From NCBI GenBank assembly GCA_040398005.1, contig JBBAUX010000002.1:96001-160000 (forward strand): DNA of 64,000 nucleotides, read 5' to 3'. A program made the position numbers and the translations under genes. Below the pieces are notes generated by a model, which worked only from the letters and a program-made list of their open reading frames with translations, was not told the origin of the DNA and made no database searches. Positions 9,730-19,148 of the stretch are shown one piece after another. Source of the stretch: Opitutales bacterium. GTDB lineage: Bacteria; Verrucomicrobiota; Verrucomicrobiia; Opitutales; UBA953. Each line of letters begins with the position of its first letter. Positions within the stretch are counted from its first letter, which is position 1.

Positions 9730-11004
9730 ATGTCAGATACCCCTCCCAATCCTCCCTCGGCAGAAGTTGATGATGCTATCGATGCACAAGGCGAGCAAGT
9801 GGCCATTCGTCAAAAGCAGGGCTTCTGGGCACGCCTTGGTGGCGGTGGTTTGATGGTTTCGTTGATGATTCACTTTTTCTTGGTCGTCGTCGCGGTGTTC
9901 TGGGTAGTTTCAACCTGGACCGATTCCACTAAACGCGAGCCCACTCAATTTGCAACGGGTGCGGGTGGTGGTAACGATGGTGATCGTGCGAAAATTTATC
10001 AGCATCGCCTGCAGCAAAAAAATATGAAGTCGTTGGCCAAGAGCACACCGCGCCTGACTTCTAAAAATCCGAACTCCACGATTTCACTGCCCGACATTCC
10101 TAATGTGTCTACCTCGTCGATGGTCTCAGGCGCTACGATGGGTGGTTCCTCTAAAGGCTTCGGCGGCGGTTCAGGTGGCGGAATAGGCTCAGGCCAAGGT
10201 CTGGGTGTAGGTGGTGGTAAAAATCCAGTCGGAAAATTTAAGCCCGTGATGGGCGCTAAAATCCAGGCCACAAAAGTGGCGGTGTTTATGGATTCCTCGA
10301 GATCCATGGCTCGTTATTTAGACCGAGTTGAGAGCGAAATCCGTAAACAATTCCCGGATGCCGACGTCTTTATGTACAGCGGAATTTGGACCAACACGAT
10401 TGGTAACGTGGTGATGGGCGGCAGTAAATATAAGGGCACCTACAGCGATAAAACCAAAGGCGGCGCGAAAAATACCGATATCGAAAAATTAACCACCAAG
10501 GGTAAGAGTATTTTCAGAGAGCATGATAAGAGTTTTCAGACGGGCTGCGTGGGCGCATGGGTTGATATTATGAAGAATCAGCGAGAGTATGATGCTTTAA
10601 TTATTTTCTCGGACTTCCAAGATGGCGTTACGCAATACCGCGAAAAAGACAAAAATGGCGGAGCTAAGTATTACTATGGTAGCGATAAGTTTGAAACCGT
10701 TTATGCTGATGGCGTGAGAGCAAAACATCCTACCGATGATCGTACCGAACAAGAGAAGGGTTGGGAAAAGGAATGGTTGAAGGTATTTGGCGAAGCGAAT
10801 AGCGGTAAAGGACCTCGACTCTATTTATTTTCAACTGAGACAGAGCCACAGGCTATTTTTGAAAAATGCGTAAAGGCATCGGGTGGACAAAGTAAAATGG
10901 TGGAATGGTTGAGAACTGGAGGAAATCCACCAGCCGTTACCGAAGAAGAACCAACTGAAATTAAAAAGAGTTCGGTAAGCACACCAGCTAACACCAATCG
11001 ATAG
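9730..11004 (+). CDS. Membrane-anchored protein: S-x3-H TM helix, Gly-rich linker, vWA/MIDAS-like domain (paralog 1)
   Basis: TM 'LMVSLMIHFFLVVVAVFWVV', Gly-rich 'GFGGGSGGGIGSGQGLG', MIDAS-like 'VFMDSSRSM' and 'IIFSDFQDG'. Confidence 0.75.
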   Translation: MSDTPPNPPSAEVDDAIDAQGEQVAIRQKQGFWARLGGGGLMVSLMIHFFLVVVAVFWVVSTWTDSTKREPTQFATGAGGGNDGDRAKIYQHRLQQKNMKSLAKSTPRLTSKNPNSTISLPDIPNVSTSSMVSGATMGGSSKGFGGGSGGGIGSGQGLGVGGGKNPVGKFKPVMGAKIQATKVAVFMDSSRSMARYLDRVESEIRKQFPDADVFMYSGIWTNTIGNVVMGGSKYKGTYSDKTKGGAKNTDIEKLTTKGKSIFREHDKSFQTGCVGAWVDIMKNQREYDALIIFSDFQDGVTQYREKDKNGGAKYYYGSDKFETVYADGVRAKHPTDDRTEQEKGWEKEWLKVFGEANSGKGPRLYLFSTETEPQAIFEKCVKASGGQSKMVEWLRTGGNPPAVTEEEPTEIKKSSVSTPANTNR

Positions 11005-11077
11005 TTAGAAGGTATTAGGTCAATGTGCCTAGTACGCTAATCTTGTCGGTCGGCTGTGCGGCGTTGAATGGTCATGT

Positions 11078-12142
11078 ATGTCGCATGGTACCGTTCGTCA
11101 GCGAAAATCACCACAGACCTGGAAGGGTTTTGTGACTTCGCTCTTTGTGCATGGAATTTTATTAGGCTTAGCTTGTTGGATCGTCTTGGCTTCACCAATC
11201 GCTGTGAAAATACATCAAGACCCTGATTTATTTGTCACGGCGAGTGGTTCAGCAAAGCCGGCGACCACCACGCAGGCATATACCATTAAAAATTCTCCAA
11301 AAAGATTTCAGGGGGCGACTCGTCTTTCCGTAAATAATAATAACGCCTCCATCGCTTTGCCCGAGCTGACCGGTATTTCCGATATGATGAGTTCTAGTTT
11401 TAGTATGGAGAAGGGGATGGGGCGTGAGGGACTCGGCCAGGGCCAGGGAATGTCGTTCGGGGGTATGGTTGACTCGCGGACCTTAGTTGGAAAATTCGTG
11501 ATGGGTGCCTCCATTCGCGCCCAACGGATTGCCGTGTATCTAGACTGTTCCGGATCCATGCGACCTTACTTAACGCAAGTGACTCAAGAAATTAAAAATC
11601 AATTTCCTGATGCGGATGTATTTCGATTTGATGGAGCCCGCGTCGTCAGTTTGGAAAATAATATTGTCTACGGAAAAACTTTTCATGGCGACGCACCACG
11701 CTTAACCGAAGCGCCTACGCAAACGATTGATTCTGAATTAACCTCAGAAGGTCGCCAGCTTTTGAGTCGCATTCGGACGGCTTGTGAAAAGGGTTCCTTG
11801 GGTGCGTGGATTGATCGATTGTTAGCGGAAGACTATGACGCGCTTGTGGTATTTTCGGACTTTCAAGACGGCGTGAGAATTTACGAAGAAAATAATAAAG
11901 GGGCCCCCACCTTGATTTATTCCGATAGTAATTACCATAAGGTCGGAGCGGTTATGCCCGTTAAACCTTGGCAGGGTAAGTGGATAGACGCCTTTACAAA
12001 AGGGGCTACAGGTCACGGACCTAAACTGTATCTATTTTCTATTCATCAGCCCCCCCAGGGCTTATTAAAGGCCTGCGTGGAGGCCTCGGGCGGCAGTTCA
12101 GTATCCGTGAGCTGGCTTAAGTCGGGTCAACGGCCTGATTAG
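11078..12142 (+). CDS. Membrane-anchored protein: S-x3-H TM helix, vWA/MIDAS-like domain (paralog 2)
   Basis: TM 'FVTSLFVHGILLGLACWIV', 'VYLDCSGSM', 'VVFSDFQDG'. Shares blocks with paralog 1 (QFPDADVF, GAW.D, GP.LYLFS, CV.ASGG). Confidence 0.75.
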   Translation: MSHGTVRQRKSPQTWKGFVTSLFVHGILLGLACWIVLASPIAVKIHQDPDLFVTASGSAKPATTTQAYTIKNSPKRFQGATRLSVNNNNASIALPELTGISDMMSSSFSMEKGMGREGLGQGQGMSFGGMVDSRTLVGKFVMGASIRAQRIAVYLDCSGSMRPYLTQVTQEIKNQFPDADVFRFDGARVVSLENNIVYGKTFHGDAPRLTEAPTQTIDSELTSEGRQLLSRIRTACEKGSLGAWIDRLLAEDYDALVVFSDFQDGVRIYEENNKGAPTLIYSDSNYHKVGAVMPVKPWQGKWIDAFTKGATGHGPKLYLFSIHQPPQGLLKACVEASGGSSVSVSWLKSGQRPD

Positions 12143-12185
12143 GCTTGGCGGTTGCACCCCGGCTGAAGTTGGTTTGGATAAAGTG

Positions 12186-12605
12186 ATGGAAATATTTAAG
12201 GCAGAGTACCGTGCGAATTTTTCGGATACCGATGCTGCGGGCATTATCCATTTCTCGACCATCTTCTTCTGGGTCGAAGCCACCGAGGAGGCCTTGTATC
12301 GACAACTTAAATTGCCGTTTCTTAAATCTGACGGAAATAAGTTAACGGGTTTTCCTCGGGTACGCGTGGAGTGCGATTATCTCGCCCCTATTTATCGTGA
12401 AGACCTAGTGGTGATTGAATTATCGCCCCGTGAGCTAGGGGATAAAAAAATTATTTGGAATTTTAAGGCCAAGGTCGGAGACAAAGAAGTAGCCAATGGG
12501 GCATTGACGACGGTCTACGCTTGGCGCGAAGGGCAGGGGCCGATGTCTGCGGCACTCGTACCGTTAGAAACCAAGACTACATTTGAAAATTTTTTTAAGG
12601 CGTAA
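12186..12605 (+). CDS. Acyl-CoA thioesterase, hot-dog fold (4HBT/YbgC-like)
   Basis: 'FSDTDAAGIIHF' motif and 'PRVRVECDYLAP'. ATG at 12186 preferred over the upstream TTG. Confidence 0.85.
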   Translation: MEIFKAEYRANFSDTDAAGIIHFSTIFFWVEATEEALYRQLKLPFLKSDGNKLTGFPRVRVECDYLAPIYREDLVVIELSPRELGDKKIIWNFKAKVGDKEVANGALTTVYAWREGQGPMSAALVPLETKTTFENFFKA

Positions 12606-12614
12606 CCGTGTGTG

Positions 12615-13511
12615 ATGAGTGATTCCGGTCTGATCCATAATTTTAGTCATCAGGCCCTGGGCACACGATTCTGGATCCGTATTGCCGATGAGGACTATGC
12701 CTTCGCCGAACGCGCTGCTGAGTCTGTTTTCTTTACCCTCGATCGTCTAGACTCGGATTTAAATGGAGTTGGTTCGGATGGAGCCCTTGCGCTGATTAAT
12801 CAATTACCGGAAGGTGAAATGATTTCAGTCAGCGAAGACTTTGGCGCGCTTTGGAAATTTTCTGAAACTTTTAATAAAGAAACCGCGGGGGTTTTTGATG
12901 TATCAGCTGGAAGTCTCTTCCGTTATTGGACCGAGCGCGGTTCCGATGAATTTAATCCTGATGATCCCGTTTGGGAAAAAACTTTTCAGGATTACAAAAG
13001 CGGAAAATTTTCTCTAGAAGGTAATGAACTCACCCGCCAACAGGGCGGAAGCGTTATCGACTTAAGCGGCATTATTCACGGGTATGCCTGTGATCGCATG
13101 GCAGAAATGTTAGAAAGTAATTGGGGTATTCACCGGGCGATTTTAGGTGCCGGCAGTAATGTCGTTTTGGCATTGGATCCTCCAGGAGAAGCCCGAGGTT
13201 GGCGGGTGGGACTAGGTCGCACCCTAGAGCTTAAGTTATGTCGTACGGCACTCGCCAGTAAGCCGAATAACTGCATGAAGTCCTGTTTGGTGAATCCTTT
13301 GACGGGTCTCGCAGCGCCTTTAAGTCATGAAGCTATTCGTGCAGTGGCAAATACCGCATTAGAAGCCGAGGCATTGACGACGGTGGGGGTCTTGCTGTCT
13401 CAATCCGAAATCGAAAGTTTACTCACGCGAGTTTTAACCCGCGGACTCTGGCTGCCCGGCGGCGACTGTCTCGGGATGTTTAAGAATCTGGATTTAACGA
13501 GTCGAAACTAA
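12615..13511 (+). CDS. ApbE-like FAD:protein FMN transferase homolog, divergent
   Basis: 'ALGT', 'T.G.FDVSAG.L', 'IDLSGIIHGYACD', 'GWRVG', 'VNPLTG', 'AEALTT' follow the ApbE motif order with substitutions. Confidence 0.75.
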   Translation: MSDSGLIHNFSHQALGTRFWIRIADEDYAFAERAAESVFFTLDRLDSDLNGVGSDGALALINQLPEGEMISVSEDFGALWKFSETFNKETAGVFDVSAGSLFRYWTERGSDEFNPDDPVWEKTFQDYKSGKFSLEGNELTRQQGGSVIDLSGIIHGYACDRMAEMLESNWGIHRAILGAGSNVVLALDPPGEARGWRVGLGRTLELKLCRTALASKPNNCMKSCLVNPLTGLAAPLSHEAIRAVANTALEAEALTTVGVLLSQSEIESLLTRVLTRGLWLPGGDCLGMFKNLDLTSRN

Positions 13512-13514
13512 CAC

Positions 13515-15272
13515 TTACTGATTAATCATCTTCTCGATATCCAGCTGAAGCTTTTCGCGGTTATCGGAGAAGAGGTACGTGTCAGAGGATACGCAATTCA
13601 AGGCGGAGATGAGAACATCGCGCGGAGGGCGACGCGTATCCATGAGTCGACGGATATAGACTTCGACATCACCGGCAATTTCTTGGTGTTCGATTTTTAG
13701 CTTAACAATTTGTAAAAGCAGGGGCTGGTTATTCTCGTTCATTAAGTGTGCTTGAATGAGCATGTTATTGGCTTCGACGAATCGTTTAGCCTGAATCAAT
13801 TTTTTACCCGTGGCGATGAGGAGTTGGGGCGGAATGCGCCGGTTCTCCAAGAGGCGGGTTAAATTAATTAAACCAATTTCTGGCTGATCATCGGCGAAGT
13901 ACGCGATACATTTTAAAGCATCGAGCGCGATTTTCGTATCGGCCAGCCACTGCTCGCGTTCGATTTGAGACAAGAGTTCATCAATCAGCAAAATCGCATC
14001 GTGCGGGCGGCCAGCATTAATCAGACACTCAGCGTGGGTGAGGGCGAATTTGGTACGACTAGGAAAACGATTTTGCTCGGAGAGGGTGAGCAAGCGAGCG
14101 GTGAGTTTTGCATCAAAATTATCATTGGCGTACTGTGCTAACTCGAGCATCGCCTGCTCTCTCCGGCCGTATTTCTTAATAATTTTTTCAATTTCACTAT
14201 TCCGTTTTTGTAGGTTTTCAGGACCCGTTGTTAAGTGTAGCGATTGAATGTAAGGGCTGAAATTTTCTGGGTTATTAATAATGATTAAGTCTAGGCAATC
14301 CCGGGCTTCTTTGATGCTGCCCATGTCTTTAAGCCAGCGTGCCTTAATTTCTAGGAGTCGCATCACCCCAGGATAGTTTTTGATGGCGGTATTAAGCAGC
14401 TTAATCGCCTCGGGTTTTTCGCCCAATTCGTACATTAACTGACAGCGTAAGAGAAATCCTTCCGGATTGGTCTCGAGCGTGTAGTCGCGAATTAACTTGG
14501 AGGCCTCGCTGTAATTACCGCGGAAAAAGTTGGCCTGCGCTTCGGCTAGTTTAAGGTCTTCCCGGATGACTGGGCTGAGTTGTTTGTTGGGTAGGTATTT
14601 TTTAGCGGTGTTGATGACTCGGGTATCTTGGTCGAGCATGAAGCAACGCGTTAGATAATTTCTAAAAATCTCCGGATTATTTAATCCGAAATCGAGGGAA
14701 TTTTCTAAAATTAGAAAAGCGTCAATCGAACGGCCAAACGCAAAGTATAAGTCGGCGCAAAGTTTTTGCGCTTCCGCGTTCCGCGGCGTCAGACTCGCAC
14801 CCGTCCCAATGTATTTTGCGAATTCAGCAAAGTCGCCACGTTCTAAGGCAGCCTTGGCCACACTAACGAAATATTCCCCCTTGTGATTTAAGTGGGCGAC
14901 TTTTCCGTGGTCTTTCTCTGGGTTGTAATCAATGATTTTTTGACGACTACGCAGGCTAACTTCTTCGGGTTTGAGAAAGAAATTAACGGTGTTGTCGATG
15001 GCGGTGTCGTAATAAAACAAATAAACATCAGTCCGGCGTGTGGTTGTAATTCCATACATGTAACGTTCCCGAAAATACATAAACTCGGAGGACAGTAACC
15101 ATAAGCCAAAAAGTAAAAAAGGCAGAATGCCTGCGATTCGTCGGACGTTTAAACTATAAACCTTTTTGCTATATCCAAATTGTTCAACGAAAACAGTGCC
15201 GAATAAAATAGCCCGAGTACGCTTCTTATTCGGGTCGATACCGTAATCATATTTCTCTTCTTTCTTTTTCAT
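13515..15272 (-). CDS. Membrane-anchored TPR-like helical repeat protein
   Basis: One TM segment (IAGILPFLLFGLWLL) followed by TPR-like helices. ATG at 15272 chosen; start uncertain. Confidence 0.7.
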   Translation of the reverse strand: MKKKEEKYDYGIDPNKKRTRAILFGTVFVEQFGYSKKVYSLNVRRIAGILPFLLFGLWLLSSEFMYFRERYMYGITTTRRTDVYLFYYDTAIDNTVNFFLKPEEVSLRSRQKIIDYNPEKDHGKVAHLNHKGEYFVSVAKAALERGDFAEFAKYIGTGASLTPRNAEAQKLCADLYFAFGRSIDAFLILENSLDFGLNNPEIFRNYLTRCFMLDQDTRVINTAKKYLPNKQLSPVIREDLKLAEAQANFFRGNYSEASKLIRDYTLETNPEGFLLRCQLMYELGEKPEAIKLLNTAIKNYPGVMRLLEIKARWLKDMGSIKEARDCLDLIIINNPENFSPYIQSLHLTTGPENLQKRNSEIEKIIKKYGRREQAMLELAQYANDNFDAKLTARLLTLSEQNRFPSRTKFALTHAECLINAGRPHDAILLIDELLSQIEREQWLADTKIALDALKCIAYFADDQPEIGLINLTRLLENRRIPPQLLIATGKKLIQAKRFVEANNMLIQAHLMNENNQPLLLQIVKLKIEHQEIAGDVEVYIRRLMDTRRPPRDVLISALNCVSSDTYLFSDNREKLQLDIEKMINQ

Positions 15273-15319
15273 GGACGGCACATTAACCAAACAATTGAGA
15301 AACGAGGCAAGAGAGGAGT

Positions 15320-17338
15320 CTAGGAGATGAAATCTGTAGCAATTTCGACAGATTCCGTGGGATTAAGACAGGTTTTGCCTATGCAAATCTGGAATCCGAC
15401 GACTGAGTCGTCCAGGCGCAGGATGAGGGGGCGGTAAGCCCTTGCCTGAGAATTTGCACCATACATACCCGTAATTTTTTCATGGAGTTGATCCAATTGA
15501 TCAGCTCTTTGATATTTAACGACCACCCAGCCTGTTGCCTGACGCGTAAACGCATCCAATGCATGAGCCACACCGTGCGGCACATTTTTCACCAATCCTC
15601 CGTAGGCCTTACTTAAATCAAAGAAATGATTAGAGAGATTGGTTTCTTCGAGCAAAACTTCCAACTGTGCATAGACCTGTAGGATCATGGAATTTCCCGC
15701 CGGAACGGCATTATCAAACCAATCTTTTTGCCTCACCGAAAGGTCATCGCGATTCTTAGAAACCATAAAGTAGCCGACGGCATGCGAATCACGGAATTTA
15801 ATTTCGACCATCTCCATTATTTTTTTGGCTCTTCTAAGATAGTCAGTGTGTTGAGTACCGAGTCCCCAATCCGCATAGGCACCGAGCGCTAGTTCAGCTT
15901 CCGCCAAACTCGCATAGTTAGTCATGATACCTTCACCGCTCGCTTTATCTTTATACCAGGTTGTAAATAAATTGATTTCACCACGACTCTCGTGTGCTAG
16001 GTTCTTCCAAAGACTATTTTCGGCCGCCGCCGCGATTTTTACCCAATCTTTACGGCCAAAAATCCACCCAGCCTTGGCCAAGTTTTTAATCACTAAGGCA
16101 TTCCAACCGAGCAAGATCTTGTCGTCGCGCAGTGGTTGCGGTCTTTGCTCGCGAATTTTTAATAACTTTTGTCGGGCTAACTTAAATTTTCCCCGCTCTT
16201 TAATATTTCCTCTAAGTTTGGGAATATTGGCTCCTTCAAAATTGCCTTGATCGGTGATCCCGTAGGCCTGAGCAAAATCTCGCGCTTGTTCGCCGAGTGC
16301 TTCAACAATTTCAATAGGCTTCCAAATATAAGTCGTGCCTTCATGGTGATCAGTATCTGCATCGAGTGAAGTCGCAAAGAGTCCACTCACGGTTAACATC
16401 TCACGATTTAACCATTCAATGGTTTCTTCAACGACCGCCAAGTAAAGAGGGTCGCGATAACGTGACCACGCTTCAGCATAGGTGCCAATGAGCTGAGCAT
16501 TGTCATAAAGCATTTTTTCGAAATGCGGCACCGTCCAATCACGATCCACGCAGTAGCGGTGAAACCCACCTCCGATTTGATCATACAGCCCACCGCGAGC
16601 CATGGCACCTAAAGTCACCGTAATCACCGCATCCAGTCGGGTCGCCAAAGCCCGATCATTATCCGCTGCCTTGGTGGCCCTAATCCCTAATAGAAAATCA
16701 ATAACTGAGGGGTTGGGAAATTTAGGTGCACCGCTAAAGCCTCCGTACGTGTCGTCGTGATTTTCACAAATACGTTTAGCGGCTTCGATTAAATCGGGTG
16801 GAGTAGGGGCTAGACCATTAGCGTCAGGTGCGACCGTTAAATGAGTGAGATTTTTTGCAATGGCATCCGCATTCGCCGCTAATTCATTTTTGTTACTGTG
16901 ATAAAAATCGGCGACGCGCATTAATAATTGTGGCCAGGGTACTTGTCCCTGTCCTCGATCCTCGGGCGGAAAATAAGTTCCACCAAAAAAAGGTCGTCCG
17001 TCGGGTAAACAAAAACAATTCAACGGCCAGCCACCCTGACCCTGAATCATCTGCACCGCATCCATCATCAACTTGTCCACTTCAGGTTTTTCTTCCCGAT
17101 CTACTTTGATGCAGACAAAATGCTTATTCATTAATTCCGCAGTGTAGGCCTGCTCGAAAGATTCACGGGCCATGACGTGACACCAGTGACAGGAGGAATA
17201 ACCCACGGATACTAAAACGGGCTTATTCAGTTTCTTCGCTTCCGCAAAAGCCTCGGCACACCACGGCCACCAGTGGACTGGATTCTCGGCATGTTGGCGT
17301 AGATACAATGAAGACTCTTGGGCTAAGCGATTAGACAC
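15320..17338 (-). CDS. Thioredoxin-domain protein, YyaL/DUF255 (SPATA20-like)
   Basis: '[21 protein letters not shown]', '[12 protein letters not shown]', 'KVDREE.P', 'GGWPL', '[11 protein letters not shown]'. GTG at 17338 matches the family N-terminus. Confidence 0.92.
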   Translation of the reverse strand: MSNRLAQESSLYLRQHAENPVHWWPWCAEAFAEAKKLNKPVLVSVGYSSCHWCHVMARESFEQAYTAELMNKHFVCIKVDREEKPEVDKLMMDAVQMIQGQGGWPLNCFCLPDGRPFFGGTYFPPEDRGQGQVPWPQLLMRVADFYHSNKNELAANADAIAKNLTHLTVAPDANGLAPTPPDLIEAAKRICENHDDTYGGFSGAPKFPNPSVIDFLLGIRATKAADNDRALATRLDAVITVTLGAMARGGLYDQIGGGFHRYCVDRDWTVPHFEKMLYDNAQLIGTYAEAWSRYRDPLYLAVVEETIEWLNREMLTVSGLFATSLDADTDHHEGTTYIWKPIEIVEALGEQARDFAQAYGITDQGNFEGANIPKLRGNIKERGKFKLARQKLLKIREQRPQPLRDDKILLGWNALVIKNLAKAGWIFGRKDWVKIAAAAENSLWKNLAHESRGEINLFTTWYKDKASGEGIMTNYASLAEAELALGAYADWGLGTQHTDYLRRAKKIMEMVEIKFRDSHAVGYFMVSKNRDDLSVRQKDWFDNAVPAGNSMILQVYAQLEVLLEETNLSNHFFDLSKAYGGLVKNVPHGVAHALDAFTRQATGWVVVKYQRADQLDQLHEKITGMYGANSQARAYRPLILRLDDSVVGFQICIGKTCLNPTESVEIATDFIS

Positions 17339-17448
17339 GGCTCTAACCTTGCCAAAGAGTCGGTAGGTGCAAGTCTGACCTTGCACAGGCTTCGACTTGC
17401 CCGCGGCTTAATTTGTGCGTAATTCTTTGTTTTTCGAGATTCTGTCCG

Positions 17449-19146
17449 ATGTCTAAAATTCAGATTTTAACTCCCACGGTCGCCAATCAAATCGCGGCCG
17501 GCGAAGTCGTCGAACGCCCCGCCGCGGTAGTTAAGGAATTATTAGAAAACTCTCTCGATGCTGGAGCGAAAAGAGTGACGGTAGATTTTTCAAGAGGCGG
17601 TAAGGCGTATGTGATTATCGAAGATGACGGAGTGGGGATGAGTCCCGCCGACGCCTTACTCAGCCTCGAACGTCACGCCACCAGCAAGATTCGCCTCGCC
17701 TCTGATTTAGATCGCATCGCCACTTTCGGATTTCGCGGTGAGGCCTTGCCATCTATTGCCAGCGTCTCGCGCTTCACATTAAACACGCGATTGACTGACG
17801 CCGCTTCGGGCACGGAAATTTACATCAACGGAGGCAAAGTCATTCATCAACGCGATCACGGAATGCCCGTCGGCACGCGCATTGAAGTCTCTAATTTATT
17901 TCATCCAGTTCCGGCCCGACTGAAATTCCTAAAGTCAGACGAAACCGAAGCTGCCCATATTATTCGCTTAGTTCGTCTCTACGCTGTGGCGCATCCTGAA
18001 GTCGGATTTTTATTAAAAGAAGATGGAAGAGAAATTTTTCGTTCCCCTGGCCACGTACCTCTGCTTGAGAGGGTAAGAGTCATTTGGGGTAAACAAGTTG
18101 CTGAAGAAGTCAGCGTGATGCCATTGTTTGAAGTTAAGGGCATGCGTATTACGGGTCTGCTTGGAAAACCAGGCGTGAGTCGTGGTACTCGCCAAGATCT
18201 GGTCACTGTAGTGAATGGACGCCCCGTCGACAGCCGTACCATGGCCTTCGCGACTACAGAGAGTTATCACACGCTCATTCCTAAAGGTCGCTATCCACTG
18301 GCTTTTATCTTCCTCGAAATTAATCCAGCCTGGGTTGATGTGAATGTGCATCCCGCCAAACGCGAAGTGCGTTTTCGTGATGAAGCGAGCGTGCGTGGCT
18401 TTATTATTCAGTCACTGCTGTCAGTCTTGCGATCTAAGGGTGGCGACGGACTGCCCGTTGCAACAATCCTGCCCGCGGCGCCAGTGTTTAGCGTACCTGC
18501 AGTTACGAGCGTCCAAAGTAATCCAACACCTTCATCTGTGCCCGTTGCAGTGTCGACTAATTCTCAGAGTCTTAAGTTGGGTTGGAAGCTTTTATCACGA
18601 CTCCGCGAAGAGCGTGCGGTTTTTGAAACTCCCACCGGCTTAGCTATTTTAGATATCGGTGCTGCTCACCAAAGAATTTTATACGAAGATATTTTAAAAC
18701 AGTTTTCTGAACAAACTCCACTTAGTCAGCCATTACTCATTCCTTTAAATCTAGAACTCGAACCACTGCCCGCGGCGGTCTTAAAAGAGAAGAATGATTT
18801 ACTCACTGCAGCAGGATTTTCTTTTGAAGAATACGGCCGAAACTTCTGGCGTATCAATGCACTGCCGACTTGGTTGAATCCGGAAGACTCCTTAACCTTC
18901 ATCCGAGATTTATTGGCTGAAATGGCCAGACGTGAAGGTGATTTCGGTAAGCCAGCCTTAGCCTATGATGCCTTGGCTCGCCTGGCGGTTATTAAAGCTC
19001 GGAAAAAAGGCGATGCATTATCCGACCACGAACTTTTACAGTTAGTGCATAAACTTTTCCAAACATCTCAGCCCGGAGTCGACCCACGTGGACATAAGAC
19101 TTATCTTGAGTGGACCGATGCTGATTTTACCCGTCGCCTAAGTTAA
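17449..19146 (+). CDS. mutL: DNA mismatch repair protein MutL
   Basis: 'NQIAAGEVVERP..VVKELLENSLDAGA', 'HATSKI', 'GFRGEALPSI', 'VDVNVHPAKREVRF'. Confidence 0.97.
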   Translation: MSKIQILTPTVANQIAAGEVVERPAAVVKELLENSLDAGAKRVTVDFSRGGKAYVIIEDDGVGMSPADALLSLERHATSKIRLASDLDRIATFGFRGEALPSIASVSRFTLNTRLTDAASGTEIYINGGKVIHQRDHGMPVGTRIEVSNLFHPVPARLKFLKSDETEAAHIIRLVRLYAVAHPEVGFLLKEDGREIFRSPGHVPLLERVRVIWGKQVAEEVSVMPLFEVKGMRITGLLGKPGVSRGTRQDLVTVVNGRPVDSRTMAFATTESYHTLIPKGRYPLAFIFLEINPAWVDVNVHPAKREVRFRDEASVRGFIIQSLLSVLRSKGGDGLPVATILPAAPVFSVPAVTSVQSNPTPSSVPVAVSTNSQSLKLGWKLLSRLREERAVFETPTGLAILDIGAAHQRILYEDILKQFSEQTPLSQPLLIPLNLELEPLPAAVLKEKNDLLTAAGFSFEEYGRNFWRINALPTWLNPEDSLTFIRDLLAEMARREGDFGKPALAYDALARLAVIKARKKGDALSDHELLQLVHKLFQTSQPGVDPRGHKTYLEWTDADFTRRLS

Positions 19147-19148
19147 AA

